Assembly: GCA_040220235.1 (NCBI GenBank)
Contig: JAVJTO010000006.1
Direction: 5' to 3' (one strand)
DNA: 64,000 nt
Source of the DNA: Coleofasciculus sp. B1-GNL1-01
GTDB taxonomy: Bacteria > Cyanobacteriota > Cyanobacteriia > Cyanobacteriales > Coleofasciculaceae
In this document: piece by piece, positions 39,867 to 51,255 of the stretch
Numbering within the stretch: the first letter of the stretch is position 1
Layout of the letters: each line of letters begins with the position of its first letter
Translations under genes and position numbers: made by a program
The notes under the pieces: model-generated
What the model was told of the DNA's origin: nothing
What the model saw: only the letters and a program-made list of their open reading frames with translations
Database searches by the model: none

Positions 39867-42800
39867 TTGCGCCAGAGTGAAGAACGATTTCGCACCTCTG
39901 TGGAAAATATGCTGGATTGTTTTGGTATTTATACCGCAATCCGCGATGAATCGGGTGAGATTGTTGATTTTCGCATCGATTATGTTAATGCCGCCGCTTG
40001 CCGTGATAACTTTTTCAGTAAACAAGAGCAAATTGGTCAGTCGTTATGCCAACTCTTCCCGGCTCATCGGGAAACTGGGTTATTTGCCGACTACTGTAAA
40101 GTGGTGGAAACGGGTGAACCCTTAGTTAAAGAATCCCTGATTTACGAGGATAATTTTGGTCAGCAACGCCTGCGTCGCGCCTATGATATCCGGGCGAGTA
40201 AGTTAGGAGATGGCTTTATCGCCACTTGGCGGGATATTACCGCAGATAAGCAGATTGAAGCCGAACGTCAACACTTGGCACATCAGGTACAGCAGCAGGT
40301 GGGACTGTTACAGGGTATTTTGAGCGCTTCTGTAGATCACATTTACCTGTATGACCGTCACGGGAAATATCTCTACGTTAGTGTATCAGCAGCCGAGGCG
40401 TTAGGACGACAGCCGAGTGATATGGTGGGGAAAACCTGGCAAGCGTTGGGTTTACCTGCACCCCTGATGGCATCCTTTGATGCTCAACGCCAACTGGTAT
40501 TTGCAACCGGACAAAGCTTGACGGATGAAATCAGCTTCCCGACAGTGCAGGGAATTCGGCAGTATGAATATATTCTCTCACCCGTTGCCAATGCTGAGGG
40601 TAGGATTGAGACAGTGGTGGCTACGGTTAGAGATATTACAGAGCGTAAGCAGGTTCAGGCAGAACTCTATCGCCGTCAACAGCAGTATCAAACTCTGATT
40701 GAGAATTTACCGGATATTATCGCTCGATTTGACCGTCAATTGCGCCATCTTTACGTTAGCCCAGCCGTAGAATCGGTTACGGGGCGGGCGGCGGCGGAGT
40801 TTATTGGCAAAACGAACCGGGAGTTAGGGATGCCTCACCAGCAGTGTGACATCTGGGATAGCGCCCTGAAAACGGTTTTCGCTACGGGAGAATCAACAAC
40901 AATTAAATTTGATTTTCTCGACCAAACTAATGTCACTCGTTACTATGAGGCGCGTTTAGTTCCGGAGTTGGCGTCAGATGGCTCAATTCCATCGGTATTA
41001 TGGATAGCGCGGGATATCACGGACTTGACTCAAGCTGAATTGGCGCTGCGGGAGAGTGAAGAACGACTCCGGTTAGCTTTGGATGCGGCAAAGTTAGGGA
41101 TATGGGATTACGATGTGCCAGCCGGAAAACTTACCTGGTCAAAATCCTGTAAGCTGATGTTTGGCTTGCCACCAGACGAGGCGGATTATGATTATCAGGT
41201 GTTTACCAATTGCCTACATCCAGACGATCGCGATCGCGTCAATCATACAGTAGCCGATGCCCTCCAAACTAAACAAGACTATACCTGTGACTATCGGATT
41301 ATCCATGGCGATGGCACACAACGCTGGATTGCGGCAAAGGGTCGTGCTTTTTATGATGAGAATGACGCACCCACACGTATGATTGGTGTGGTTCTGGATA
41401 TTACTGACCGCAAACAAGCCGAAGTCCAACTGCAAGAACGGGAGGAATTATTCCGCACCTCGGTGGAGACAATGTTGGACTGTTTTGGTATTTACTCCGC
41501 CATACGCGATGAATCGGGTGAGATTATTGATTTTCGCATCGACTATGTTAATACGGCGGTTTGTGAAAGTAACTGTTTAAGCCAAGACAAGCAAATCGGT
41601 AAGGGATTGTGCCAAATCCTCCCCGCCCATCGAGACAGGGGACTATTTGCCGACTACTGTCAGGTTGTGGAAACTCAACAACCGTTAGTGAAAGAATCGG
41701 TTGTGTATGCAGATAATTATGGTCAGCAAGATCAGCAACGCTTGAGTCGAGTCTTTGATATTTGCATTGCCCCCTTTCGCGATGGGTTTATTGCCACTTG
41801 GAGAGATGTGACGGAACGCCAGCAAAGCCAAGCTGAACTGTATCGTCGCCAACAGGAATTCCAAGCTTTGGTGGAAAATTCGCCAGATATTATTTCCCGC
41901 ATTGATCAACAGTTACGTCACGTTTATGTCAACCCAGCCATAGAAGCGGTAACGGGATTGTCACCTCAAGCTTTTTTGGGCAAAACTCATCGGGAGTTAG
42001 GCATCCCTGAACCCATAAGTACCCACTGGCAAACAACTTTGCGAGAAATATTTGCGACTGGGCAAGAGCGAATTACGGAGTTCGATTTCCGCACCCCAAA
42101 TAATACCATTCGATACTATCAAGCCCGGATTGTGCCGGAATTTGCTGAAGATGGTACGGTGGAATTTGTCTTAGGTATCGCCCGGGATATCACTGATATT
42201 AAATTTGCAGAAGCTGAACGCAATCAGCTACTGGTGCAGGCACAGGAAGCCCGTGCGGAAGCGGAAGCGGCGAGTCGTACCAAGGATGAGTTTTTAGCCA
42301 TCGTCTCCCACGAATTGCGATCGCCCCTCAATGCGATTTTGGGGTGGGCAAAGTTACTCCGCATCCGCCAGTTGGATGAACAAAAGACGAATCGCGCCCT
42401 AGAGACAATTGAACGCAACGCCAAAGCCCAAGCCCAACTAATTGACGATTTACTGGATATTTCCCGGATTATTCGCGGTAACATTCGTCTGAATATCTGT
42501 CCCACGAATCTAGTTTCTGTGATTGAAGCGGCGCTGGATACGGTGCGCCCCACGGCGACGGATAAACAGATTCAAATGGACTCCCAGTTCGATACGTCTG
42601 TGGCTTGGGTTTCGGGTGACGCCAACCGCTTACAGCAAGTGATTTGGAATCTCCTCTCCAATGCGGTTAAATTTACCCCAGCCGGGGGACGAGTGGAGAT
42701 TTATTTAGAAGCCGTGGATCACTTTGCCCAAATCCGGGTTAAGGATACAGGGAAAGGAATTAGTCCAGAGTTTCTACCTCATATTTTTGAAAGCTTCCGC

Positions 42801-43403
42801 CAAGCCGACAGCACCACCGCCAGACAACAAATCGGTTTAGGATTAGGATTAGCGATCGCCCAAAATTTGGTGCAACTGCAAGGTGGTACAATTCACGCCG
42901 AAAGCCCCGGAGAAGGACAAGGGGCGACGTTTATTGTTAAGCTACCCCTTTGGGAAGATGACGACAAAAAAATAACTGCCGACGATGGAATTAACTCATC
43001 CTTGACCTTTGAGGCATCACTTCTAAGTCAGATAAGAGTTTTAGTGGTCGATGATGATGCCGATGCCCGTGAATTCTTAATCGCCATCCTGGAACAGTAC
43101 GGGGCGATGGCAACTGCCACAGCATCCGCAACTGAAGCGCTAGAATGCCTGCAACAAATGAACTATGATTTGCTACTCAGTGATATTGGTATGCCCGGTG
43201 AAAATGGCTACAGTCTGATGCGCCGAATCAGGGCATTACCGTCAGCCCAAGGGGGACAAATCCCGGCGGTGGCTGTAACCGCTTCTGCTAGAGAAGAAGA
43301 CCGCATTGAAGCCCTATCAGCAGGCTTCCAAATGCACATCTCTAAGCCGATTGAACCCAGGCAACTACTGAAGGTCATTGTTCGTCTACTGGAGATTTCC
43401 TAA
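39867..43403 (+). CDS. Multi-PAS hybrid histidine kinase with receiver domain; 3' part of the IS-interrupted gene
   Basis: Several PAS/PAC repeats; SHELRSPL H-box; NAVKFT; G-boxes; VVDDD and SDIGMP receiver motifs; frame open back to the IS end. Confidence 0.88.
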   Translation: MRQSEERFRTSVENMLDCFGIYTAIRDESGEIVDFRIDYVNAAACRDNFFSKQEQIGQSLCQLFPAHRETGLFADYCKVVETGEPLVKESLIYEDNFGQQRLRRAYDIRASKLGDGFIATWRDITADKQIEAERQHLAHQVQQQVGLLQGILSASVDHIYLYDRHGKYLYVSVSAAEALGRQPSDMVGKTWQALGLPAPLMASFDAQRQLVFATGQSLTDEISFPTVQGIRQYEYILSPVANAEGRIETVVATVRDITERKQVQAELYRRQQQYQTLIENLPDIIARFDRQLRHLYVSPAVESVTGRAAAEFIGKTNRELGMPHQQCDIWDSALKTVFATGESTTIKFDFLDQTNVTRYYEARLVPELASDGSIPSVLWIARDITDLTQAELALRESEERLRLALDAAKLGIWDYDVPAGKLTWSKSCKLMFGLPPDEADYDYQVFTNCLHPDDRDRVNHTVADALQTKQDYTCDYRIIHGDGTQRWIAAKGRAFYDENDAPTRMIGVVLDITDRKQAEVQLQEREELFRTSVETMLDCFGIYSAIRDESGEIIDFRIDYVNTAVCESNCLSQDKQIGKGLCQILPAHRDRGLFADYCQVVETQQPLVKESVVYADNYGQQDQQRLSRVFDICIAPFRDGFIATWRDVTERQQSQAELYRRQQEFQALVENSPDIISRIDQQLRHVYVNPAIEAVTGLSPQAFLGKTHRELGIPEPISTHWQTTLREIFATGQERITEFDFRTPNNTIRYYQARIVPEFAEDGTVEFVLGIARDITDIKFAEAERNQLLVQAQEARAEAEAASRTKDEFLAIVSHELRSPLNAILGWAKLLRIRQLDEQKTNRALETIERNAKAQAQLIDDLLDISRIIRGNIRLNICPTNLVSVIEAALDTVRPTATDKQIQMDSQFDTSVAWVSGDANRLQQVIWNLLSNAVKFTPAGGRVEIYLEAVDHFAQIRVKDTGKGISPEFLPHIFESFRQADSTTARQQIGLGLGLAIAQNLVQLQGGTIHAESPGEGQGATFIVKLPLWEDDDKKITADDGINSSLTFEASLLSQIRVLVVDDDADAREFLIAILEQYGAMATATASATEALECLQQMNYDLLLSDIGMPGENGYSLMRRIRALPSAQGGQIPAVAVTASAREEDRIEALSAGFQMHISKPIEPRQLLKVIVRLLEIS

Positions 43404-43412
43404 ACGGTTTCG

Positions 43413-46400
43413 ATGAATAGGACGATCAGAATTAAACCCCTTTGTCACCTTGGGTGGCGTTACAGTGTTTCCCTATTCGCCATCGCCATCGCCCTGTCCC
43501 TTCAGCTATTCCTAGCATCCTTATGGGAACTAGAAAGCCCGTTTTTGCTATTTTTAGCCGCCGTGATGGTGAGTGCCTGGTATGGTGGCAGGGGGGCGGG
43601 AATCTTAGCAACGGTGTTGGCGGCGTTAAGCGGCAGTTATCTGTTTTTATCGCCAACCTATTCGACTGGAGTGGATAGTTTAGGACAAACCCTGCGCTTA
43701 GTTTTGTTTGTCCTAGAGGGGTTATTTCTTAGTAGCACAATTTCCGGTTTAACCGTTGCCAGAGAGCAAGTGACATGCGGACAAGAGGCGTTAAGAGAAA
43801 GCGAAGAGAAATTCCAATTGGTAGCGGAAAGCCTACCTCAAATTGTCTGGACGGCTCAATCCGATGGTTCAGTGGATTATTACAATCAACGCTGGGCGGA
43901 ATATAGTGGAATTTCTAAACAGCAGGGTCAAGGCTGGGGCTGGAAACCTGTCCTCCATCCCGACGATGAACAAAAGACAATCGACACCTGGAATCAGGCT
44001 GTAGCCAGGGGTGAATTATACGAATGTGAGCATCAAATTAGACGCGCCGATGGGGAATTTCGTTGGCATTTGAGTCGCGCTTTTCCCCTCCGAGATAGCC
44101 ACGGTAAAATTATTAAATGGTTTGGCACAGCGACGGAGATTCACCAGCAAAAGCAAACAGAAGCAAAACTGCGGGAAAGCCAGGAACTGTTCCAAAATTT
44201 TATGGACTATAGTCCAGTCGCCGCCTATATTAAAGAGGAATCAGGACACTATATTTTTGTAAACCGGATAGTGGAAAAAACCTGGCATCGCCCTTTCATG
44301 GATTGGCTGGGGAAAACCGATTTTGACTTCTTTTCCGATGCGATCGCGCAACAAATCCGCGATAATGATCTCAAGGCGTTAGCGGGTGATCACGCGATTG
44401 AACAGCTAGAAACCACAGAAAATGATGATGGCACTCACTACTGGCTTTCCTATAAGTTTCCTCTAAAAACCGCCTCTGGACAACGCTGGTTAGCCGGGAT
44501 GTCGATGGATATCACCGAACGCCAGCAGATGCAGGAAGCGCTGCGACAAAGTGAACAACGATTCCGACAAGCAGTAATTAATGCCCCTTATCCGCTGATT
44601 ATTCACGCCGAAGATGGGGAAGTGCTGCAAGTTAACCAAATGTGGACGGAATTGACCGGATATACTCATGATGACATTCCCACCATGGCAGATTGGACGG
44701 AAAAAGCCTATGGTGAACGTCGAGAGATTGTGCGAGAGAGGATTGATCAGTTATATGCGTTGAATGATAAATTCTATGAGGGAGAATTCGTGATCGCGAC
44801 GAAACAGGGTAGCCAGAGAATTTGGGATTTTAGTTCCGCCCCTCTAGGAAAATTACCCGATGGCAGGCGTACTGTCATCTCCATCGCCACCGATATTAGC
44901 GATCGCATATTGGCAGAAGAATTACTCCGGGGACAAAAGCAGATTCTGGAAGCGATTGCCACAAATGTTCCCCTGTCTGATATCCTCGATACTATTACGC
45001 AATTGATTGAGTCTCACGCGGATGAGTCAATTTGTTCGGTGTTGCTGTTAGATCAGCAAACGAAGAGGTTACACTATGGTTCTGCAGGTCGTTTACCCGA
45101 ACGGATTCAGCAGTTCACTGCTGACGGTTTGGCGATCGGTCCTGGTGCGGGAAGTTGTGGCACAGCCGCTTATCGCGACGAACCGGTAATTGTCTGTGAC
45201 ATTGCCAGCAGCCCGCTTTGGGCAGACTACAAAAACATTGCCCTATCCGAAAATATAGCAGCCTGTTGGTCGATTCCCCTGCACTCCAGCAATGGTGACG
45301 TTTTGGGAACCTTCGCCATGTATTATCCCACACCTCGTCATCCCAGCAGCGAGGATTGGAATTTAATCGACCAATTCACGCATTTAGCCGAGATTGCCAT
45401 CGAATCGTCTCAAGCCAAACAAGCGCTGAAAGCCAGCCAAGAACGGTTGCGGCGATTTGCTGAATCGGATTTGATTGGGATTCTCTTTTGCGACATCTAT
45501 GGGGGAATCCAAGACGCCAATGATACCTTCTTGGATATTGTCGGCTACAGTCGGGAGGATTTGCAAGCAGGGCGATTGGGCTGGCGTGACATCACGCCAC
45601 CGGAGTATCTGCCTTTAGATGAGGTGAACATTGTCCAGGCAAAGGAAAAAGGACGGTGTATCCCTTATGAAAAAGAGTATATTCGCCAAGACGGGACTCG
45701 CGTTTGGGTATTGGTGGGTTATGTGTTGCTGGGTGAGGCGCGAGACGAAGCGGTAGCGTTTATTCTCGATATTAGCGATCGCAAACAATCTGAAGCCATT
45801 TTACAGCGACAATCCCAGGAATTAGCCCAAACCAACCGCCTCAAAGATGAGTTTCTCGCCACCCTTTCCCACGAACTCCGCACCCCCCTCAACTCAATCC
45901 TGGGTTTAGCCAAGCTTCTACCCATGCGCCGCTTGAATGAAGAGAGGATGGCGCGGGCGTTGGAGACGATTTCTCGCAATACTCAATCTCTGGCGCAACT
46001 GATTGAAGATGTCCTGGATATGTCGGATATTATCAGCGGAGAATTGACGCTGCATGTTGCACCTGTGGAACTACTGCCGATTATGGAACGGGCGATGGCT
46101 TCTATGCGGGCGGCGGCTGAGGCAAAGGCACTGCAAATCGAGACTCAGTTAGATACTGAAGTTGCTCCCATATTAGGGGATGCCAGCCGCTTACAGCAAA
46201 TTGTCTGGAATTTACTCTCCAATGCGGTCAAATTCACACCCAAGGGAGGACAGATTCAGGTTCGCTTAGAACAGATTGAGGATCAGGCGCAAATCCAGGT
46301 GAGTGATACCGGGATTGGGATTCATGGTGAGTTTCTCCCCTTTGTCTTTGATCGCTTCCGTCAAGAAGACGGTTCACTGACGCGATCGCACGGCGGTATA

Positions 46401-46583
46401 GGGATGGGATTAGCGATCGTGCGTTACCTAGTGGAACTCCAAGGCGGTACCGTGTGGGCAGAAAGTCCCGGATCAGGTCAGGGTTCCACATTCACCGTGC
46501 GTTTTCCCATTTTTCCTCAAGGCAGAAGGCAGAAGGCAGAAGGCAGGGAACAGGAGGAAAGAGGCAAAAGAGAATCGCCGTAG
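43413..46583 (+). CDS. Membrane-anchored (DUF4118-like) PAS/GAF histidine kinase
   Basis: N-terminal TM helices; PAS repeats; GAF (GSCGTAAY); SHELRTPL H-box; HATPase domain. Confidence 0.9.
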   Translation: MNRTIRIKPLCHLGWRYSVSLFAIAIALSLQLFLASLWELESPFLLFLAAVMVSAWYGGRGAGILATVLAALSGSYLFLSPTYSTGVDSLGQTLRLVLFVLEGLFLSSTISGLTVAREQVTCGQEALRESEEKFQLVAESLPQIVWTAQSDGSVDYYNQRWAEYSGISKQQGQGWGWKPVLHPDDEQKTIDTWNQAVARGELYECEHQIRRADGEFRWHLSRAFPLRDSHGKIIKWFGTATEIHQQKQTEAKLRESQELFQNFMDYSPVAAYIKEESGHYIFVNRIVEKTWHRPFMDWLGKTDFDFFSDAIAQQIRDNDLKALAGDHAIEQLETTENDDGTHYWLSYKFPLKTASGQRWLAGMSMDITERQQMQEALRQSEQRFRQAVINAPYPLIIHAEDGEVLQVNQMWTELTGYTHDDIPTMADWTEKAYGERREIVRERIDQLYALNDKFYEGEFVIATKQGSQRIWDFSSAPLGKLPDGRRTVISIATDISDRILAEELLRGQKQILEAIATNVPLSDILDTITQLIESHADESICSVLLLDQQTKRLHYGSAGRLPERIQQFTADGLAIGPGAGSCGTAAYRDEPVIVCDIASSPLWADYKNIALSENIAACWSIPLHSSNGDVLGTFAMYYPTPRHPSSEDWNLIDQFTHLAEIAIESSQAKQALKASQERLRRFAESDLIGILFCDIYGGIQDANDTFLDIVGYSREDLQAGRLGWRDITPPEYLPLDEVNIVQAKEKGRCIPYEKEYIRQDGTRVWVLVGYVLLGEARDEAVAFILDISDRKQSEAILQRQSQELAQTNRLKDEFLATLSHELRTPLNSILGLAKLLPMRRLNEERMARALETISRNTQSLAQLIEDVLDMSDIISGELTLHVAPVELLPIMERAMASMRAAAEAKALQIETQLDTEVAPILGDASRLQQIVWNLLSNAVKFTPKGGQIQVRLEQIEDQAQIQVSDTGIGIHGEFLPFVFDRFRQEDGSLTRSHGGIGMGLAIVRYLVELQGGTVWAESPGSGQGSTFTVRFPIFPQGRRQKAEGREQEERGKRESP

Positions 46584-46851
46584 TGCGTTAAGCGAAGCCA
46601 TGCCGCAGGCTTTGCGTCTCGCTCGCTATTTGGTCAAGTTTTCGGGAGCATGTCAAGGAAAGCATACAATGTCCAAGTTAGCCTGCTCTCGTTAGGTTTC
46701 GTTCCAAAAGTCCAACCTACAAAGGTGATATGCTCCCAAGTTTTCACCGTTAAAATCTAAGTAACCTGTCTAATTCCGCGAATTCCCAACGCTAGGACAA
46801 AACGACGATAAAATCTAAGCAACGAGAATCGAACGCCGAGGGAGGATTTTT

Positions 46852-47637
46852 ATGCCAAACCCTTTTCCTGGGATGAACCCCTACCTAGAACACCCAGAAA
46901 TCTGGCCCGGAATACATTTATTACTAATTAGTGAACTGACTAAGTTTCTGTCTCCTCAACTGCGTCCCAAATACAGAGTTGCGGTTGAAGTGCGTCTGTA
47001 TGAAACCATGGGTGAAAAATCACTCCTGGTTGGTATTCCCGATTTAACAGTTAAAGGTTCACAGGCAACAACTGAACAGCCAATGACCAATGTTGCTGTC
47101 GCCCCATCCCCACCTCAACCCCAGACCGTACAAGTTCCCGTACCTGAAACCATTAAACAAGGTTATTTAGAAGTACGAGAAGTCGCCACAGGTGAAGTCG
47201 TAACCGTCATTGAAATCCTCTCTCCAATTAATAAACGTTCGGGAGAAGGTCGCCAAGACTATGAAACTAAACGCAATAAAATCTTTGGCAGTTCAACTCA
47301 TTTAGTGGAAATTGATTTACTGCGTCAGGGAAAACCTTTGCCAATTTATCATAGCAATAGTCAAACTCATTATCGAATTTTAGTCAGTCGAGGAGACCGT
47401 CGTCCTCAAGCTGATTTGTATGCTTTTAATCTACGAGATACGATTCCCTCATTTCCCTTACCCTTGAAATCGGGCGATCGCGAACCCTTCGTAGACTTAC
47501 AGGTATTGTTGAATAATGTGTACGATCAAGCCAGTTATGATTTAGCCATCGATTATACTCAAGAACCCATACCGCCATTGTTAGCAGATGATCACGTTTG
47601 GGTAAATACATTATTAACCGAGCAACAACTGCGATAA
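46852..47637 (+). CDS. DUF4058 family protein
   Basis: MPNPFPGMNPYLE start; IEILSPINK and HLVEIDLLR motifs. Confidence 0.85.
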   Translation: MPNPFPGMNPYLEHPEIWPGIHLLLISELTKFLSPQLRPKYRVAVEVRLYETMGEKSLLVGIPDLTVKGSQATTEQPMTNVAVAPSPPQPQTVQVPVPETIKQGYLEVREVATGEVVTVIEILSPINKRSGEGRQDYETKRNKIFGSSTHLVEIDLLRQGKPLPIYHSNSQTHYRILVSRGDRRPQADLYAFNLRDTIPSFPLPLKSGDREPFVDLQVLLNNVYDQASYDLAIDYTQEPIPPLLADDHVWVNTLLTEQQLR

Positions 47638-47687
47638 TGCTAGCAGGGGAAGCTGCCGCGATCGCAACATCCGGGAAAATTAGCTGG

Positions 47688-47793
47688 TAAGCTGTTCGGC
47701 ATTTAAACCTTAATGTCAATAATGCCGAAATCCTTGCCGTAGTGCGAGCATCTTGCTCGCTACCCATTCCCAATTTAAATGCATGACAGCTTA
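47688..47793. mobile_element. MITE-like element with 20-bp terminal inverted repeats
   Basis: TAAGCTGTTCGGCATTTAAA and TTTAAATGCATGACAGCTTA (17/20), TA ends, internal hairpin. Confidence 0.65.
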
Positions 47794-47900
47794 CTAAGAA
47801 ATGTTAACAAGCATAAAACCCTTACTGTTCCCTGTTCCCTGTTCCCTGTTCCCTCATCTCAACCGTTAACTTTTATTTTCCCTACCTACTTACTTATGAT

Positions 47901-48311
47901 TTATTGTTCGAGAGGAAAATAGCGATCAAATTCAGCTTCATATTCCCACGCGATTCCCTGTGGATCACGAGTTTTGGTGTAGTCGGATAAAACCACCGGG
48001 TAACCTCGGATATCGGTTAACTTCCTCGGATCGCACTTCAGTCGTTCAGCTAATTGGTTCTGAGTCAGGCTTGTGTCTTTAGGAATCGCTGATGGGGACG
48101 CAGGTGGGGATGATTCGGCTGTTGAGTCGCCACCTTCGCTTGTATCCAAGTTATTCGGGGGTTTAGGTAGGGGAGTTGTCCCCAAATAGGTTGATAAAAT
48201 CTTATCGATCGCTTCGGCTTCAGTTAACGCCTGAGCCTCCATAAACTCTTTGAGTTTGCTATATGTGACTGGACTGATGTAGCCGACTACACGGAAATTC
48301 TGATTTGCCAT
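47901..48311 (-). CDS. Hypothetical protein (RHH-like N terminus, HTH-like C terminus)
   Basis: RVVGYIS..KLKEFM and LTQNQLAERL motifs. Confidence 0.65.
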   Translation of the reverse strand: MANQNFRVVGYISPVTYSKLKEFMEAQALTEAEAIDKILSTYLGTTPLPKPPNNLDTSEGGDSTAESSPPASPSAIPKDTSLTQNQLAERLKCDPRKLTDIRGYPVVLSDYTKTRDPQGIAWEYEAEFDRYFPLEQ

Positions 48312-48345
48312 AGTTTACCCTCTTCTAAAACTCCCCAATAGCTAT

Positions 48346-48555
48346 CTAGTCCGAAATTGTGCCATCAGGCAGAGTAGCACTACGTAAATTAGCACCGTCC
48401 AACTCTGCATTGGTTAAGTTGGCAGATTTGAGATTAGCTCCACTGAGATTAATCTGATTCAGGATTGCCTCACTCAAATTCGCTTGACTCAGATCAACTT
48501 GAGCAAAATCCCGTTCTCCATCTACGTATCGCTGCATGAATTCACTCGCATCCAT
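48346..48555 (-). CDS. Small pentapeptide repeat protein
   Basis: RY..GERDF start, A(N/D)L.. repeats, LPDGT end; GAGG RBS upstream. Confidence 0.8.
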   Translation of the reverse strand: MDASEFMQRYVDGERDFAQVDLSQANLSEAILNQINLSGANLKSANLTNAELDGANLRSATLPDGTISD

Positions 48556-48624
48556 TACGTTGACCTCTCAATGACTGCAATTCCGATAGCATGACCTATC
48601 TCAGCTTAGACATATCCCTAGTCA

Positions 48625-48972
<348 letters not shown>

Positions 48973-48998
48973 TCACACGGACTGTTTTAATTTCCCTT

Positions 48999-50063
48999 AT
49001 GTCAATTCTGCTAGTCATTTCCGGACTGCTCATTCTCATCCTTGTCTCCATAGATGTCCTGATCACCACACTGACAGTAGGGGGAGGAGGACCTCTAACC
49101 AGCAGAATCTCAGCTTGGCTGTGGAAAATCGCGCTTCAGATTCATCGTTGGCGTTCCCATCACCGCTTATTGCTAGTTACAGGGTGGATAGTTCTTGTTA
49201 GTATAGCTGTACTTTGGTTTGTCTTAACGTGGGCGGGATGGACATTATTTTTTAGCGCTTATGAGACGGCTGTGGTGACACCGAAAAAACTGCCCGCCAC
49301 TACGTTAGAAAGAATTTATTTTGTCGGTTATACTATCTCAACCCTAGGCATGGGGAGTTATAGTCCTCAAGGTGCAGTTTGGCAAATTGCCACAGCAATT
49401 GCTTCGGTGAATGGGTTCTTTTTAGTTACCTTGGCAATCGCCTATCTCTTACCCGTGGTTTCAGCCGCGACTGAGCAACGCCAACTGGCGGTTTATATTT
49501 CCTCTCTCGGTGGTACGGCTGATGAAATTCTGGTCAGAGCCTGGAATGGCAAAGATTTTGGGCAGTTTGACCAGCATTTAATTGCTTTGACATCAATGCT
49601 TGCCCAACAGGGAGAACGCCATCTAACTTACCCGATTCTGCATTATTTCCACAGCATCGAACGTTCTCGCTCGATCAAGCTGAGTTTAGTGGCTCTTGAT
49701 GAAGCGCTAACTATATTGGACTATGGCATTAAACCATCACATCAACCTGATCCGGCGGCGCTCGGTGCAGCACGCCGAGCAAGTGCAGCATATTTGAAAA
49801 CCCTCAAATCCGCTTACTTAGAACCCGCCTCGAAAAACCCACCGCTTCCATCTCTGGAACGACTCAGGAAACACGGTATTCCCACGGTGAGCGATCGCCA
49901 ATTTTGGGACGCCACCAAACACGTCACCAAACGCCGACGGCTGCTATTGGCACTGCTTCACAATGACGGCTGGGTTTGGGATGCGATCGCCTCCAGCCAA
50001 ACCACCAATCGGGCTACTCCCTTAGATGACCAGACAACGATTGACCAAGCAATATTGCATTAA
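48999..50063 (+). CDS. Two-TM potassium-channel-family (Ion_trans_2) protein
   Basis: YFVGYTISTLGMG pore-loop-like motif; HLTYPILHYF. Confidence 0.8.
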   Translation: MSILLVISGLLILILVSIDVLITTLTVGGGGPLTSRISAWLWKIALQIHRWRSHHRLLLVTGWIVLVSIAVLWFVLTWAGWTLFFSAYETAVVTPKKLPATTLERIYFVGYTISTLGMGSYSPQGAVWQIATAIASVNGFFLVTLAIAYLLPVVSAATEQRQLAVYISSLGGTADEILVRAWNGKDFGQFDQHLIALTSMLAQQGERHLTYPILHYFHSIERSRSIKLSLVALDEALTILDYGIKPSHQPDPAALGAARRASAAYLKTLKSAYLEPASKNPPLPSLERLRKHGIPTVSDRQFWDATKHVTKRRRLLLALLHNDGWVWDAIASSQTTNRATPLDDQTTIDQAILH

Positions 50064-50155
50064 TTAGGGAACAGGAAGGGGAACTTGTAGAGACGCGCCA
50101 TGGCGCGTCTGGGAGCTGGGGGAGAGAATTACCAATCAACAATGAACCATGAACC

Positions 50156-51067
50156 ATGAAAAAAATCAAGTATATTCTCTTAGGTTTAGTCGGACTATTC
50201 TGTATCCTTATAATTTGGGGCTTGATTGAGCCTTATATCCTCGACACAGAAGACGAAGTTGCCGTCATTCCCAATCTTCCTCCAGCTTGGCAAGACCAAC
50301 GAATTGGATTAATTTCCGATTTTCAATACGGAATGTGGCTAGATAATACCGCCACTGTCCGTCGTAGTATCGCCAAACTGGTTGAAGAACGCCCCAGTGT
50401 AGTCCTGATCAGCGGTGACTTTATTTACCATGCCTTTAAAGGCACAGACCCAGAAATTGCTAGCATCGTTGATTTAGTCCGTCCCTTACCAGAAGCCAAT
50501 ATTCCCACCTATGCCGTATTGGGTAATCACGACTACGGTATGATTAGCCTGGATACTCCACCCAAAGAGAACTTAGCAGCGCGGTTGGAGAAGGCGTTGG
50601 AGGACGTTGGTATAGAGGTTTTGGAAAATCAAGCCGTCAAATTATCTCCACCGGGACAATCTGGAGAAAATCTCAGTGATGGAAATACCGACTCCTTTTA
50701 TTTAGTGGGTATTGGTTCCCATCTGGCAAACAACGATCGACCCAAAGAGGCGATCGCGCAAGTACCATCCACAAATCCCAGGATTGTAATGATGCACAAT
50801 CCCAAATCCTTTCCGGCTTTACCTGCCAATACCGCACCCGTAGCCGTTGCTGGACATACTCATGGTGGACAAATTCGCCTACCCTTCACACCCCAATGGT
50901 CTTGGTTGGCATTAGCTAAAGGCTGGGAACATGTCGATGGTTGGAGTGACGGCTATGGTGCCTCAGGGAATAAACTCTATGTTAATCGTGGGATTGGTTT
51001 TAGTGATCTGCCCATACGACTCAACTGTCCTCCAGAGGTCACTTTATTTACTCTCCAGGCTCAATAA
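50156..51067 (+). CDS. Metallophosphoesterase (YkuE-like)
   Basis: SDFQ, SGDF, GNHD, HNP and GHTHGGQ motifs. Confidence 0.9.
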   Translation: MKKIKYILLGLVGLFCILIIWGLIEPYILDTEDEVAVIPNLPPAWQDQRIGLISDFQYGMWLDNTATVRRSIAKLVEERPSVVLISGDFIYHAFKGTDPEIASIVDLVRPLPEANIPTYAVLGNHDYGMISLDTPPKENLAARLEKALEDVGIEVLENQAVKLSPPGQSGENLSDGNTDSFYLVGIGSHLANNDRPKEAIAQVPSTNPRIVMMHNPKSFPALPANTAPVAVAGHTHGGQIRLPFTPQWSWLALAKGWEHVDGWSDGYGASGNKLYVNRGIGFSDLPIRLNCPPEVTLFTLQAQ

Positions 51068-51255
51068 GTAGGTGGGTTAACGTTAACGGTGGAGAACTCG
51101 CTACCCGAAAAGAAGCAAGCTACCTCCTTTGTCATTTGTCATTTGTCATTCGTCATTTGTAAGAGATTGGGTCTGGGCGTAAGTCCTAAGATTAATTTAT
51201 TCCGGGAGGTAGATGTTAATTTTAAGAAGTCATCTCAACCCACCCTGGAAATCCG

